A DNA stretch of 64,000 nucleotides from Chloroflexota bacterium (GCA_016183425.1 JACPEP010000007.1:2113-66112), one strand, 5' to 3'. Positions 20,862 to 30,690 are shown, counted from the stretch's first letter. A program made the numbers and translations. The notes: generated by a model from the sequence alone, not told the origin.

Positions 20862-21454
20862 AAGAGGGGCTGTGGGCGTCCGGCTATAACCTGGTTGCTG
20901 GGGTGGATGAGGTGGGGCGGGGGCCTTTGGCCGGACCGGTGGTGGTGGCCGCCGTGATAATACCGCCGGGCAACTTCCCTCTCATGCTAGAGGGGGTGCG
21001 AGACAGCAAGGAGTTGACTCCCCAGGCGAGGGAGAGGCTTCTGGGCCCCATCTACCAGCAAGCCATAGCCTGGGGGGTGGGCATGGCTTCTCACCAGGAG
21101 GTGGACGACCGGGGGCTGGGAGTGGCGATCATAGAGGCGATATGCCGGGCAGTGGCGCAGCTTGACCCCTCCCCCCAGTTCCTCATCGTAGACGGGCGCC
21201 CTCTCCCTCGCCTCCCCTGGCCCCACCGAGGGGTGGTGGACGGGGACGCCTTGTCCCTCTCCATCGCCGCCGCATCTATAGTGGCCAAGGTGACCCGGGA
21301 CCGCCTCATGGTGGAGATGGATAGGCAATATCCAGGCTACGCCTTTGCCCGAAACAAGGGCTACGGCACAGCGGAGCATCTGGCGTGTCTGCAACGCCTG
21401 GGGCCGTGCCCCATCCATCGCCGCTCCTTCGCTCCGGTGCAAGAGTGCCGCTGA
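20831..21454 (+). CDS. rnhB: Ribonuclease HII (apparent ACG start)
   Basis: [40 protein letters not shown]; conserved frame extends upstream of the 20903 GTG to ACG at 20831. Confidence 0.9.
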   Translation, partial: TKTQPPHLQIEEGLWASGYNLVAGVDEVGRGPLAGPVVVAAVIIPPGNFPLMLEGVRDSKELTPQARERLLGPIYQQAIAWGVGMASHQEVDDRGLGVAIIEAICRAVAQLDPSPQFLIVDGRPLPRLPWPHRGVVDGDALSLSIAAASIVAKVTRDRLMVEMDRQYPGYAFARNKGYGTAEHLACLQRLGPCPIHRRSFAPVQECR

Positions 21455-21840
21455 TGCCCAGTAGAAGGCAGGGGCTGGGCTCGGCGGGGGAGAACCAGGC
21501 CGCCCATTACCTGGAAAAGCGGGGATATTCCATACGGGAGCGAAATTGGCACTGTCCCTATGGGGAGATAGACATTGTGGCCGAGAAGGGGGACTGGCTG
21601 GTCTTTGTGGAGGTGAAAACGAGGCGGGGCGCTCAGTTCGGCTCCCCGGAGGAATCCATAACACCCTCAAAACGGCGCAAACTGGTGGCCGCCGCCCAGA
21701 CCTATCTCCAGACCCTCGGGGGGGAACTGCCCACTCAGTGGCGACTGGATGTAGCCATTGTGGAGCTTTCCTCCGCAGGCAAGCTCCAGCGCCTAGAGGT
21801 GCTGGAAAACGCCATCCCTACGCCGGAGGATGGTTTCTAG
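21454..21840 (+). CDS. yraN: YraN family endonuclease-like protein
   Basis: GSAGE, NWHCPYGEIDIVA, VFVEVKTR; usual neighbour of rnhB. Confidence 0.9.
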   Translation: MPSRRQGLGSAGENQAAHYLEKRGYSIRERNWHCPYGEIDIVAEKGDWLVFVEVKTRRGAQFGSPEESITPSKRRKLVAAAQTYLQTLGGELPTQWRLDVAIVELSSAGKLQRLEVLENAIPTPEDGF

Positions 21841-22696
21841 CCAGGAGTTGGGTCGGTATTCCGGCCTCACAGGGAACGCGAGTCTGGCATAGGCCACAAC
21901 CGGAGATCTCCACATTGTAACGCTGCTTTAGAGGTGCCAACTCGCCGCGAATGTAGTCCTGGCACTTGTTCTTGTCGTGCCCTTTGGCAGTGATAGCCCC
22001 GGCCGGGCAGCGATCGATGCACTCGCCACAGGACCGGTTAACCAGGAAGGGGCAGTTGGCCACGTGACTGGCGTATGCCCTGGGGGTGGGGGGAAGGGGG
22101 AGATTGGTGACTACACTGCCACAGCGATGGGCGATGCCCCGAGGGGTTATGAAGCCATCGCTGAGGCCAAAGGTGCCCAATCCCGCCACGTATGCCGCGT
22201 GGCGCTCTGACCAGTTGGAGGTGGGGCCATTGGGCATAGAGAGCCGCTTGAAAAAGGGAGCGGTGAAGGGAGCCACCGCGAGAAATCCCTCCTCTTTAAG
22301 AAAGGAAACCATATGGTCTCGCAGGGCAGTATTGAATTTTTCCCCCCAATGGCGGGTGTGGCACCAGCGGAGGGATGGTGAAAGCTCCCGCACCCGGTTG
22401 CTGCGCCGGGTCCTGCCCTCGATGGGCAGCACCCAGGAGATAACGCTTATGCTGTCCACCACTGCTTCCGGAAAGGCAGCCGACAGCGCCTCCCGGGGGG
22501 TGAAGTGGAAGTCCCCGATAATCTCTTTGTATTGGGAGAAGAGGGGGTCGTCCCCACTGGCAAAGGCTACCAGGGGCGACTGAAAGATAACATCATCATC
22601 GATCTCTAGGAGCCTGTTTTCCCTATGGCCGGACACAAAGTTCTCAATATCTTCGACTATCCGGCGCGGGGTTTCCAAGTCAGCAACTCTGGCCAT
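21818..22696 (-). CDS. QueG-like (epoxyqueuosine reductase family) Fe-S protein
   Basis: WSERHAAYVAGLGTFG, CGECIDRCPAGAI, CGLCQTRVPC. Confidence 0.7.
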   Translation of the reverse strand: MARVADLETPRRIVEDIENFVSGHRENRLLEIDDDVIFQSPLVAFASGDDPLFSQYKEIIGDFHFTPREALSAAFPEAVVDSISVISWVLPIEGRTRRSNRVRELSPSLRWCHTRHWGEKFNTALRDHMVSFLKEEGFLAVAPFTAPFFKRLSMPNGPTSNWSERHAAYVAGLGTFGLSDGFITPRGIAHRCGSVVTNLPLPPTPRAYASHVANCPFLVNRSCGECIDRCPAGAITAKGHDKNKCQDYIRGELAPLKQRYNVEISGCGLCQTRVPCEAGIPTQLLARNHPPA

Positions 22697-22752
22697 AAGA
22701 TACTCCTTTATTGCCTTAAGGCTTTCCTTCCTGCTTTATTTAAAGGTTCACC

Positions 22753-23046
22753 CTAATATCCTGAGGTAGGCGACCCCGCCGGCCGGGTGGGCGTGGTTTG
22801 GGCGGCCGGGGTTCCCGCTGCCCTGGTGGGCGTAGCTTGTGCGGCCGGGGTTCCCGCTGGCCTGGTGGGCGTAGCTGCCCCCGCCGGTGCTCTAGTAGGC
22901 GTTGGTGTGGCCTTGCCCGTCTCAGTGCAAGCCAGTAGAGCTACACTGGCCAAGCTCAGGCCTACTCCACCAAATGCCCGTAGCACTCGCCGACGGGATA
23001 GTTGTCTCCCCAGAATGCTGGCGGTGATTCCTTCTCTTTTTACCAT
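22753..23046 (-). CDS. Small Tat-type lipoprotein made only of Thr/Pro/Ala repeats
   Basis: SRRRVL...LLAC leader followed by ATPTRPAGTPAAQ-like repeats with a 39-bp period. Confidence 0.65.
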   Translation of the reverse strand: MVKREGITASILGRQLSRRRVLRAFGGVGLSLASVALLACTETGKATPTPTRAPAGAATPTRPAGTPAAQATPTRAAGTPAAQTTPTRPAGSPTSGY

Positions 23047-23142
23047 CCTTAAGCTACCTCATTTTCTCCACTGGCTAAAGAATGACCAGAGTATACTTGA
23101 CCTTTTGTGATAGCACAAGAGAAAGCTCTCTAAGATTGAAAA

Positions 23143-24120
23143 CTAAATCCGGGCTCCTCTTAGAGCTTCCAGCATGTCCTTCTCCACCTCTTGTTTAGCT
23201 ACCCGAATCGCATTCTTCACTGCCTTGGCATTGCTGCGCCCGTGGGCGATGACTACCACGCCGTTTACACCCAAAAGGGGTGCGCCACCGTACTCAGCGT
23301 AGTCCAGACGCCTCTCCACCTCTTGCCACAGATTGTGCAGGGGAGAGGTGGCGGCGGGAAACTGAAGGGACAAAGCCTGATTCAGGATGTCCATGAAGGT
23401 CTCGCTGACGCCCTCCAGCAACTTGATGACTATGTTGCCGGTAAAGCCGTCGCTGATCACCACGTGGGCTACGCCCCGGGGAATGTCCTTGCTCTCGATG
23501 TTGCCCAGGAAGTTTATGGGCGCCTGCTTGAGCAGCTCATGGGCCTCTCGAACCAGATGGTTGCCCTTCACGTACTCCTCGCCATTGCTCAAAAGGGCGA
23601 TACGAGTATCCGCGATGCCGAAAACTCGCTCCATATACGCCTTGCCCAGGCGGGCGAATTCAGGGAAGAAAGAGGGTTTACAATCGGCGTTGGCCCCCAC
23701 ATCCAGAAGAAGAGTGGGGCCGGCTGGGGTGGCCAGGACGCTGCCCAAGGCAGGACGCTCCACTCCTTCTATCCGCCCCAAAACCATGAGGGCGGCCGCC
23801 ATGGTGGCCCCCGTATTGCCGGCGGTGACAAAGGCCGCTGCCTTACCTGCCTTCACCAGATCAAGGCCCACCATGATAGACGATTTGGGCTTCTGGCGCA
23901 GGGCGTTGATGGGCGATTCCTCCATGACTACCACCTGGGGAGCATCCACGATGGTTATCGCATCCGGTGGGGAAGAATAACGGGCCAGCTCCACCTCCAG
24001 AAAGTGCTTGCCACCCACCAGCGCCACCTCCACCCCCAGGAGAGTAGCCGCATCCAGCGCCCCCCGCACGATCTCCCCGGGCGCGTGATCCCCCCCCATG
24101 GCGTCCAGGGCTATCTTCAT
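23143..24120 (-). CDS. plsX: Phosphate acyltransferase PlsX
   Basis: MKIALDAMGGDHAP, AGNTGA, DVGAN, DGFTGN, YGGAPLLG, HGRS. Confidence 0.96.
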   Translation of the reverse strand: MKIALDAMGGDHAPGEIVRGALDAATLLGVEVALVGGKHFLEVELARYSSPPDAITIVDAPQVVVMEESPINALRQKPKSSIMVGLDLVKAGKAAAFVTAGNTGATMAAALMVLGRIEGVERPALGSVLATPAGPTLLLDVGANADCKPSFFPEFARLGKAYMERVFGIADTRIALLSNGEEYVKGNHLVREAHELLKQAPINFLGNIESKDIPRGVAHVVISDGFTGNIVIKLLEGVSETFMDILNQALSLQFPAATSPLHNLWQEVERRLDYAEYGGAPLLGVNGVVVIAHGRSNAKAVKNAIRVAKQEVEKDMLEALRGARI

Positions 24121-25097
24121 GCTTGCTGCTCCACCGACGCCGATGTCCTCTCCCACATATCGCAGCGGCCACCCCAACGGGCCACTACCTTACCGTCTCC
24201 CATTATCTGGGCGATCTCACATATGTTGGCACAGGCCTTACACTCGAAAGAGGAGGTGTGAAAACTCATGTCGCTGATGCCGAAGCCTCTGAACTGGGTC
24301 TCTCGGCGATGGCTCTCTATCTCTTCTTTGGCCAGGAGGGCGGCGCCAATAGCCCCCATTACCTCATGGTAAGGTGGAACGATGAGCTTGGTCTTTAGGG
24401 TGTCCTCGAAGGCGCGCACAATGCCAGGATTGAAGGCTACCCCGCCTTGGAAAACAACGGGGGGCAGTATTTCCTTGCCCAGCCCGATGTTGTTGAGGTA
24501 GTTACGCACCAGGGCCTCGCACAGGCCGTAGAGAATATCCTCTGTACGATGCCCCATCTGCTGCTTATGAATCATGTCTGATTCGGCGAAGACGGTACAC
24601 CGCCCGGCAATGCGCACCGGCATCTGGCTCTCCAGGGCTTGGCGGCCGAAGTCCTCTATTTTCATACTGAGGCGGGAAGCCTGCTGGTCAAGAAAGCTAC
24701 CGGTGCCCGCAGCACATACGGTATTCATGGCGAAGTCCACCACTACTCCCTGGCGAAGGATGATGATCTTGGAGTCCTGGCCTCCGATCTCAAAAATGGT
24801 TTGGACATCCGGAACGTAGTGGGTGGCACCCACGGCGTGAGCGGTGATCTCGTTCTTCACCACGTCGGCCCCCACCAGCACTCCCGCCAGGTAGCGAGCG
24901 CTGCCGGTAGTCCCCACCCCTCTTACCACCGCCCCCGCCGGTAGGCATTCCGCAATATCCCTCATGCCCTGCTGCACCATAACGATGGGCTTGCCCTGGG
25001 TGCGTAGATAAAGGCTGCCTACCAGCCCCTCATTTTCGTCTAGTGCCGCCAGCTTGGTGGTCACCGAGCCGACATCGACACCTAGATAAATTTCCAT
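24117..25097 (-). CDS. BadF/BadG/BcrA/BcrD-type ATP-dependent activase
   Basis: GVDVGSVTTK, NEITAH, EIGGQDSK, CAAGTGSFL, RCTVFAES, QGGVA. Confidence 0.92.
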   Translation of the reverse strand: MEIYLGVDVGSVTTKLAALDENEGLVGSLYLRTQGKPIVMVQQGMRDIAECLPAGAVVRGVGTTGSARYLAGVLVGADVVKNEITAHAVGATHYVPDVQTIFEIGGQDSKIIILRQGVVVDFAMNTVCAAGTGSFLDQQASRLSMKIEDFGRQALESQMPVRIAGRCTVFAESDMIHKQQMGHRTEDILYGLCEALVRNYLNNIGLGKEILPPVVFQGGVAFNPGIVRAFEDTLKTKLIVPPYHEVMGAIGAALLAKEEIESHRRETQFRGFGISDMSFHTSSFECKACANICEIAQIMGDGKVVARWGGRCDMWERTSASVEQQA

Positions 25098-25120
25098 AAT
25101 AGCTTCGTCTCCTTATTTTC

Positions 25121-26221
25121 TCACGGTACCAAGGCCGCCACTGCTAATCCCTTCCGCGCCCTCCTTCGTCGCAGTAGCTCTACGAAGGCCTCCAGCCGGG
25201 TAAGCATCCCTGCCCGCCCCATCTGCTCGTCACAGATGACGGTGAGCACGGGAATCCTGGTCTTAATGGCCGGGAAGATATTCTGAGCGATTATTTCCGG
25301 CCCGCAGGTAAAGGGGGCCACATGGATCAGGCCGTCGTAATCATGGCTGTGGAGGATAATGTCTCCCACGGACTCCCAGCCGTCACCCCCCACGTCCCGC
25401 CGCAGGTAGGGAGCCGCCGCCTGATGGATGCGGTCCTTCTCGCTGAGGCCGAAGGCATTGAGGAAGAGGCTGAACTTCATCCACTCCGAGACGAAGGTGG
25501 TTCGCCTCACCTCCGCCCCCAGCCGTCCCAGTTCCCTTTCCAGGTCCATGTTGCTGAATGGCTCCAGGACGACGTAAAACTCCCCCGTGATGCCCACCAC
25601 CACCGGCTCTGTCTCCCCATCCCTTTCTACCTGTTGTAGCTTCATCAGGTACCTATTTTTTATTTCCTTCAGAGCCGCGCGGCTATCCGCCCCATCGATG
25701 GCCGCCAGCGCCTGCTGAAAGACCTGGTCGGCGCTTCCCTTTTCCGCCTCGGTGGCTCTGACCTGATGGAGCACCCTCTCCAGCTCATCCAGGGTACCCA
25801 GCTTAGCGAGGCCGAAACGGATAGCGGCCAACACTTTCTGGGTGGGGGCACCGTTAGACAGGCGCTTCACCAGGTTGGCCACCCCCATAAGCTTGCTCTC
25901 AAAAAGCTCCGTGGTGACCATCTCGAAGTGATAGCCTTGATCCCGGAGGATACGCTCTTGAATCTTAGCGTAGTAGCCGAAGCGACACAGGCCCGGCCCG
26001 GCGGCCATGACCAGGGTATCGGCTCCCATCTCCAGGGCTTCGATAAAGTTGCCCAGGGTGAGCTTGAAGGGGATACACACGAACTCGGGGGAGTGCTTGG
26101 CCCCCAGGGTCAGGGTGCGGCGGCTGTTGAGGGGGGGCACCACCATCTCCACTCCCACCTCCCGGAAGAGGGTCCTGAGGGGCACGTAGATGTGGCCCAT
26201 GTGGGGCATGGCTACCTTCAT
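25121..26221 (-). CDS. DUF2229 / HgdAB-like Fe-S dehydratase/reductase subunit
   Basis: PHMG, SPEFVCIPFK, CRFGYY, PFTCGPE, DEQMG, TRLEAF. Confidence 0.8.
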   Translation of the reverse strand: MKVAMPHMGHIYVPLRTLFREVGVEMVVPPLNSRRTLTLGAKHSPEFVCIPFKLTLGNFIEALEMGADTLVMAAGPGLCRFGYYAKIQERILRDQGYHFEMVTTELFESKLMGVANLVKRLSNGAPTQKVLAAIRFGLAKLGTLDELERVLHQVRATEAEKGSADQVFQQALAAIDGADSRAALKEIKNRYLMKLQQVERDGETEPVVVGITGEFYVVLEPFSNMDLERELGRLGAEVRRTTFVSEWMKFSLFLNAFGLSEKDRIHQAAAPYLRRDVGGDGWESVGDIILHSHDYDGLIHVAPFTCGPEIIAQNIFPAIKTRIPVLTVICDEQMGRAGMLTRLEAFVELLRRRRARKGLAVAALVP

Positions 26222-27207
26222 GCTTTGCCTTCCCACCCTTGTCTGCGGCGCAGCATGTCCATGAAGGCCTCGAGACGGGTCACTAAACCGGCCTCGGCGG
26301 TGTGCTCGTCGATGGTAATGGCCATGAAAGGCTTGCTTACCCGTTGGGCATAGCGCTTGACCACGTCTATCATCACTGAGTCGGGGCCGCAGCCGAAGGC
26401 GATTATGGCGATGACTCCATCTACCTGGCTGTCTAGATAGTGACCCCCCGCTCCGGTTACTTCGTCCTCGTAAGTCCAGTAGGGCTTGCCAATGAGTCGG
26501 GTTACTCCTCTGTCCAGCTCCTGGATCTGAGCCATCTCTGGAGTGACCACCTGGGCCCCCAACTGACGGAGTCGCTGAAGGAAACGATGGTTAATGTATT
26601 CATCATAAAGGACGTAGGGGTGACCGATGAGGGCGATGGTGGCAGAGGAAGGGTTTACCCCCTCCTCGTCGGAGGGCATCCCATCTTCCATTCGGCTCAG
26701 AGCGCAAGAGAGAGTGATGCCCTCCTCCCTCGTCTGGCTCTGAAAACGCATGTGGCACTGCCACGCTGCCTCGGCCGCCTCTTTTACCTTCAGGGGATTC
26801 CAGGTGAAGCGGCGGGCCAGGGCATAGATGGCCAGATAGAAACCTCGTTTGCCCTCCTTGCTGATGTCAATGTCCGGGTCCAGAAGGGGGGGACACTCGG
26901 GCACTACTGCTTTCACCACATCGGGCAGGCCCAGAAACTTAGAGCAGTTGTAGGCGTCCCTTTCGATGCTTCGGATACTGGGGACAAAGACATAGTCGCA
27001 TTTGCCTACCAGGGAGATGACGTGGCCGCAGAAGACCTTTACCGGCAGGCAGGTCTCGGCTACCACCCGCGCCGAGCCCGAGGTCACCGTCCCCCTGGTA
27101 GTGGGGGGGCTGGTGACTACCTGGGCCCCCAGATGCTGGAAGAAGGTCTTCCACATGGGGTAATACTGGTAGTAAAGGAGAGCCTGGGGAATACCGACAG
27201 TGGTCAT
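26218..27207 (-). CDS. DUF2229 acyl-CoA dehydratase activase-related subunit
   Basis: VGIPQALLYY, ETCLPVKVFCGH, CSKFLGLPD, GHPY, FGCGPDS, IDEH, TRLEAF. Confidence 0.85.
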   Translation of the reverse strand: MTTVGIPQALLYYQYYPMWKTFFQHLGAQVVTSPPTTRGTVTSGSARVVAETCLPVKVFCGHVISLVGKCDYVFVPSIRSIERDAYNCSKFLGLPDVVKAVVPECPPLLDPDIDISKEGKRGFYLAIYALARRFTWNPLKVKEAAEAAWQCHMRFQSQTREEGITLSCALSRMEDGMPSDEEGVNPSSATIALIGHPYVLYDEYINHRFLQRLRQLGAQVVTPEMAQIQELDRGVTRLIGKPYWTYEDEVTGAGGHYLDSQVDGVIAIIAFGCGPDSVMIDVVKRYAQRVSKPFMAITIDEHTAEAGLVTRLEAFMDMLRRRQGWEGKA

Positions 27208-27225
27208 AGTTCCTTCCGATGCCTC

Positions 27226-28707
27226 TTAGCTCAGGGGTTGGCAGCCTACCGGAGCGCTACAGCCGTTATTTTCATCTTCCACGGGCGGGAAACACCGGCT
27301 GGTGTAGTCAAAGGTCTTTTTCCAGGGCTCCGCCCAGGGGCGGTACTTCTCTTCCCAGATGGGATGGTAGAGCTGGTGAATTTGGGTGGAGTAGTCGTCC
27401 AGACCTTCGGATAGCCAGGTTACCAGGCTCTCTGCTCCCTCGTGAGTGGGATAGGCTCCCCACTTTTGCACTGCCATGCGCTGTATCTGGGGGTGGTCGA
27501 TGAGGGGGCAGGGGAGAAGGGTATTGCCGCCATAGGGCTGGAGGCCGCGTAGGCCCTGGAGGAAAGGCGAGGTCAGGGCCTCGGCCAGAGAGCACTCCTT
27601 AATATTGTGGGTGGCGAAGTGATTGAAAACGCAGGGCTCCACGTCCCCCTTATGGTTGACGTGCAAGTAGATGCGGCCAGAGGCGATGCAGCCGCCGGTA
27701 AGGGCGGAATCCCCCCAGAAGTCGGCCAGAAGGATGGGCTTGGTACGCCGCATCCGCTCCACCGCCTGGCGAAGCTGGCTCCGCTGCTGGGGGGTGGGCA
27801 TGTAGGATAGGTCGGGGTTACGGCCGATGGGCATGTACAGGAAGTACCAGCCGGTCATGGCCCCCTTCTCGATCATCAGGTCTATGAACTCTTCGCCGCT
27901 GGCGATGTCGATGTTCTGTCGCGAAACCATGCAGCTAAAGGCGAAGATACCGCCCGCCTTGCTTAGGTTGTCCATAGCCCGTAGGCAACGACCGAAAGCG
28001 CCCTGCCCTCTTCGCAAATCGGTATCCGACTGGAAGCCCTCGATGCTTATCTGGGGGGCCACGTTGCCCAACTCCACCAGCTTCTCCGCCATCCTCTCAT
28101 CGATAAGAGAGCCGTTGGTGTACATCTGGAAGGCAGCATCGTCGTGCTTCTTAAACATTCTCAGGAGAGGCTCATAGACCAGGGGTTCGCCCCCGGTGAG
28201 GACGAAATAGCGGATGCCCATCTCCTTGGCCTCGGTAAGGAGACGGTCGAAGACATCTTCCGGCAGGTCATCCTTCTTGGTATACTGTCCCGCCCAACAA
28301 CCCACGCAGCGATAATTGCACCTCATAGAGGGGGAAATAACCATAATGCCGGGAGGAGCGAAGCCGTGCTCTGCCTTGAAACGATTGCGCGCTCCCGGAT
28401 CCCGGAAGAAAAGGTTGACGATAGTCTGGGCAATATATTTTTTGCGAACGTTGGGATGGATATTTTGGAATACCCTGTTAAGGAACTGAGACCCGGGGCT
28501 GCCGGGCGCCATCCACTCTCTGACCCAACCGGCGATTTGCCGCTGCTGCTCGTTGTGGGCCAGGTAAGCGAGCACGGTCGCCAGGCGATAATGATTTTTT
28601 TCTGAGGAGTGCCCCAGCAGGTTTATGGCTTGACTTACCAGGTTCTCGGCCAGCTCCAACTTGGCTTTGGTGTAGAGGGCGCTGCCCCAAGTAGCCAGGG
28701 AAACCAT
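27226..28707 (-). CDS. Radical SAM/SPASM protein (candidate Mss-like lipid-coupling enzyme)
   Basis: CNYRCVGC, TGGEP, YTNG, GGCIASGR...EPCVF...PCPLIDHP auxiliary cluster motif. Confidence 0.85.
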   Translation of the reverse strand: MVSLATWGSALYTKAKLELAENLVSQAINLLGHSSEKNHYRLATVLAYLAHNEQQRQIAGWVREWMAPGSPGSQFLNRVFQNIHPNVRKKYIAQTIVNLFFRDPGARNRFKAEHGFAPPGIMVISPSMRCNYRCVGCWAGQYTKKDDLPEDVFDRLLTEAKEMGIRYFVLTGGEPLVYEPLLRMFKKHDDAAFQMYTNGSLIDERMAEKLVELGNVAPQISIEGFQSDTDLRRGQGAFGRCLRAMDNLSKAGGIFAFSCMVSRQNIDIASGEEFIDLMIEKGAMTGWYFLYMPIGRNPDLSYMPTPQQRSQLRQAVERMRRTKPILLADFWGDSALTGGCIASGRIYLHVNHKGDVEPCVFNHFATHNIKECSLAEALTSPFLQGLRGLQPYGGNTLLPCPLIDHPQIQRMAVQKWGAYPTHEGAESLVTWLSEGLDDYSTQIHQLYHPIWEEKYRPWAEPWKKTFDYTSRCFPPVEDENNGCSAPVGCQPLS

Positions 28708-28847
28708 TTTAGCCTCCTTTCTACCTGTCACTGTCGCCGCCGCGGGCCTTCACCCCCTGGGCGGCCGCCCCCCCGTCCTCCCTTTTTGAAAATACAGTCC
28801 AAAGTTTACCACACAAAAAGCAATTTGCAAATTCTGGTTTTTGGCTT

Positions 28848-29438
28848 TCAGCCCGCCGTACCTAAGACGAAAAGGCTCATCGCCGCCGCCGATAGCAACG
28901 GGACTCGCAGATTGTCGTCTGTGGGCAAGGGCAAAACCTCGAAGAGGGCAGCGGCTACCGCCCCCATCCCCACTACCTCCAGGCTTACATCTAGCCAAAC
29001 CAGGCTGATTAGGGTCCCTATCCCCAGGGAAGCGGCCAGCCCTCCCAAGCTCCCCTCCAGGGTTTTGCTGCCCAGCCGCATCTTTCCCCACCCCTCCCCA
29101 ACGAAAGCCGCCGTGGGATCGCCCACGGCGGAGTAGGCAATGGCTAGGGTGGATATGGCTCCTGGGAAGATAAGCAGTGCCAGGAAGGAAGCTATGATAA
29201 GGTTAGTAGCTCCCGTGAGGTGAAAGCTCTCCTCTCTCTTCATGGCCGGAGCGGCGTAGCGAAAGAGCCATCTCCCCACGGAGGGGATCCGAAAGCGAGC
29301 TATCTCGATGCCTAAGGCGATGACAGCGACCGCGCCCACAAAAGGCAACACAAACCATGACGGCAGGGTCAGTGCCAGAAAAACGATGGTGAGACCGCCA
29401 ACGATGTGGATCAGTCTCCTGACGATTTTACCCCTCAT
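28848..29438 (-). CDS. SEC59/DGK1/VTE5-like CTP-dependent lipid kinase (membrane)
   Basis: RRLIH, GDPTAAFVG, KTLEGSLGG, DDNLRVP; multiple TMs. Confidence 0.8.
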   Translation of the reverse strand: MRGKIVRRLIHIVGGLTIVFLALTLPSWFVLPFVGAVAVIALGIEIARFRIPSVGRWLFRYAAPAMKREESFHLTGATNLIIASFLALLIFPGAISTLAIAYSAVGDPTAAFVGEGWGKMRLGSKTLEGSLGGLAASLGIGTLISLVWLDVSLEVVGMGAVAAALFEVLPLPTDDNLRVPLLSAAAMSLFVLGTAG

Positions 29439-30660
29439 CCTCCCCTTCCCCAGGAATCCCGCCGGGACGGCCTTTGTAGAACTCCTCCCTTACCTTTGCC
29501 AGGGCCTCCGGCTGAAGCACCAGGTCCACCCAGGTCATGGCCAGGGCACGGGAGCCATCCAGGAGGCCTTTGAGACCATCCGAGGAAGCGGCGGCGGCAG
29601 CAAACTCGGGAGTGTGGCCCAATACTGTCTTGGGGGCGATAGCCACTGAGGGGTGGATGCTGGGCACCAACTGACTGACATTTCCCATGTCCGTGCTGCC
29701 CATGCCGCCCAGACCCCCATCGGAAGGAATAACCCTTCGGCCCAGGGACTCCAGGTTGTGGGCGAATAGTCGAGCCAGGGAGTGGTTGGTGCGCATAGGG
29801 GCGTAGCGCACCGCCGACCAGCGGTGCTCCAGGCGGGCGCCCGTGGCCAGGGAGGCCGCCCGGAAGCAGTTGAGGACCTTTTCCATCAGCTCTTCCAAAT
29901 AGTGGTCGTCCTCGGCCCGAACCAGGAAGGTGGCGGCGCTGTGGGCAGGGACGATGTTGGGAGCCTGCCCCCCGTGGGTGATGATGCCATGTATCCGGGC
30001 CCGATCCTTGGTGTGCTGCCGGAGAGAGTTGATGTTGTTGAAGGACAGGATGAGGGCTTCCAGGGCATTGACCCCCTCCTGGGGCCGGGCAGCGGCGTGG
30101 GCCGCCTTGCCGTAGAACTCTACCTGAAGCTCGATGCAGGCCAAAGAACGGGCGAATACGGCGTTCCTCACTCCAGGGTGAATCATCAGGGCGGCATCGA
30201 GACCCTGGAAGGCCATGCGCTGGGCCATGATGGCTTTGCCTCCCATTACCTCCTCGGCGGGGGTGCCGATGACCAGCACCTTGCCTCCCCATTGGGCCGC
30301 GGCCTCTCGTACCGCCACCGCAGCTCCCACCGCGGCGGCGGCGATGATGTTGTGGCCGCAGGCGTGGCCCAGCCCGGGCAGGGCGTCGTACTCAGCGATG
30401 AAGGCCACCGCCGGCTCGCCGTTGCCGTAGACGGCCCGAAAGGCGGTCTCCAACTGGCAATAGCCTCGCTCTACGGCGAAGGCCTTGCCTTCCAGGTATT
30501 CCGTCAGCCACGCCGCCGCTTTGAATTCCTGGAAACCCGTTTCGGGGTGAGCGTGGAGGCGTAGGCTCAGGGCCATCAGTTCCTCGCGCTGCGCCTCCAC
30601 AGCGGTCGCCACCTTATCTTTCCAAATCCTTACCCCTGGGTCTTCAGCCCCTGGCGGCAC
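29428..30660 (-). CDS. M20 family amidohydrolase (ACY1L2/PM20D2-like)
   Basis: EYDALP, HACGHN, GTPAEE, HAAARP, GSTDMGNVS. Confidence 0.9.
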   Translation of the reverse strand: MPPGAEDPGVRIWKDKVATAVEAQREELMALSLRLHAHPETGFQEFKAAAWLTEYLEGKAFAVERGYCQLETAFRAVYGNGEPAVAFIAEYDALPGLGHACGHNIIAAAAVGAAVAVREAAAQWGGKVLVIGTPAEEVMGGKAIMAQRMAFQGLDAALMIHPGVRNAVFARSLACIELQVEFYGKAAHAAARPQEGVNALEALILSFNNINSLRQHTKDRARIHGIITHGGQAPNIVPAHSAATFLVRAEDDHYLEELMEKVLNCFRAASLATGARLEHRWSAVRYAPMRTNHSLARLFAHNLESLGRRVIPSDGGLGGMGSTDMGNVSQLVPSIHPSVAIAPKTVLGHTPEFAAAAASSDGLKGLLDGSRALAMTWVDLVLQPEALAKVREEFYKGRPGGIPGEGEDEG

Positions 30661-30690
30661 TGTCTCCCCTGTCCTCCCCCCTACCCTTAA

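Noticed and set aside
21818-22696. Possible reductive dehalogenase
   Set aside because: Too short, no Tat signal and no RdhB anchor; fits the QueG-like family.
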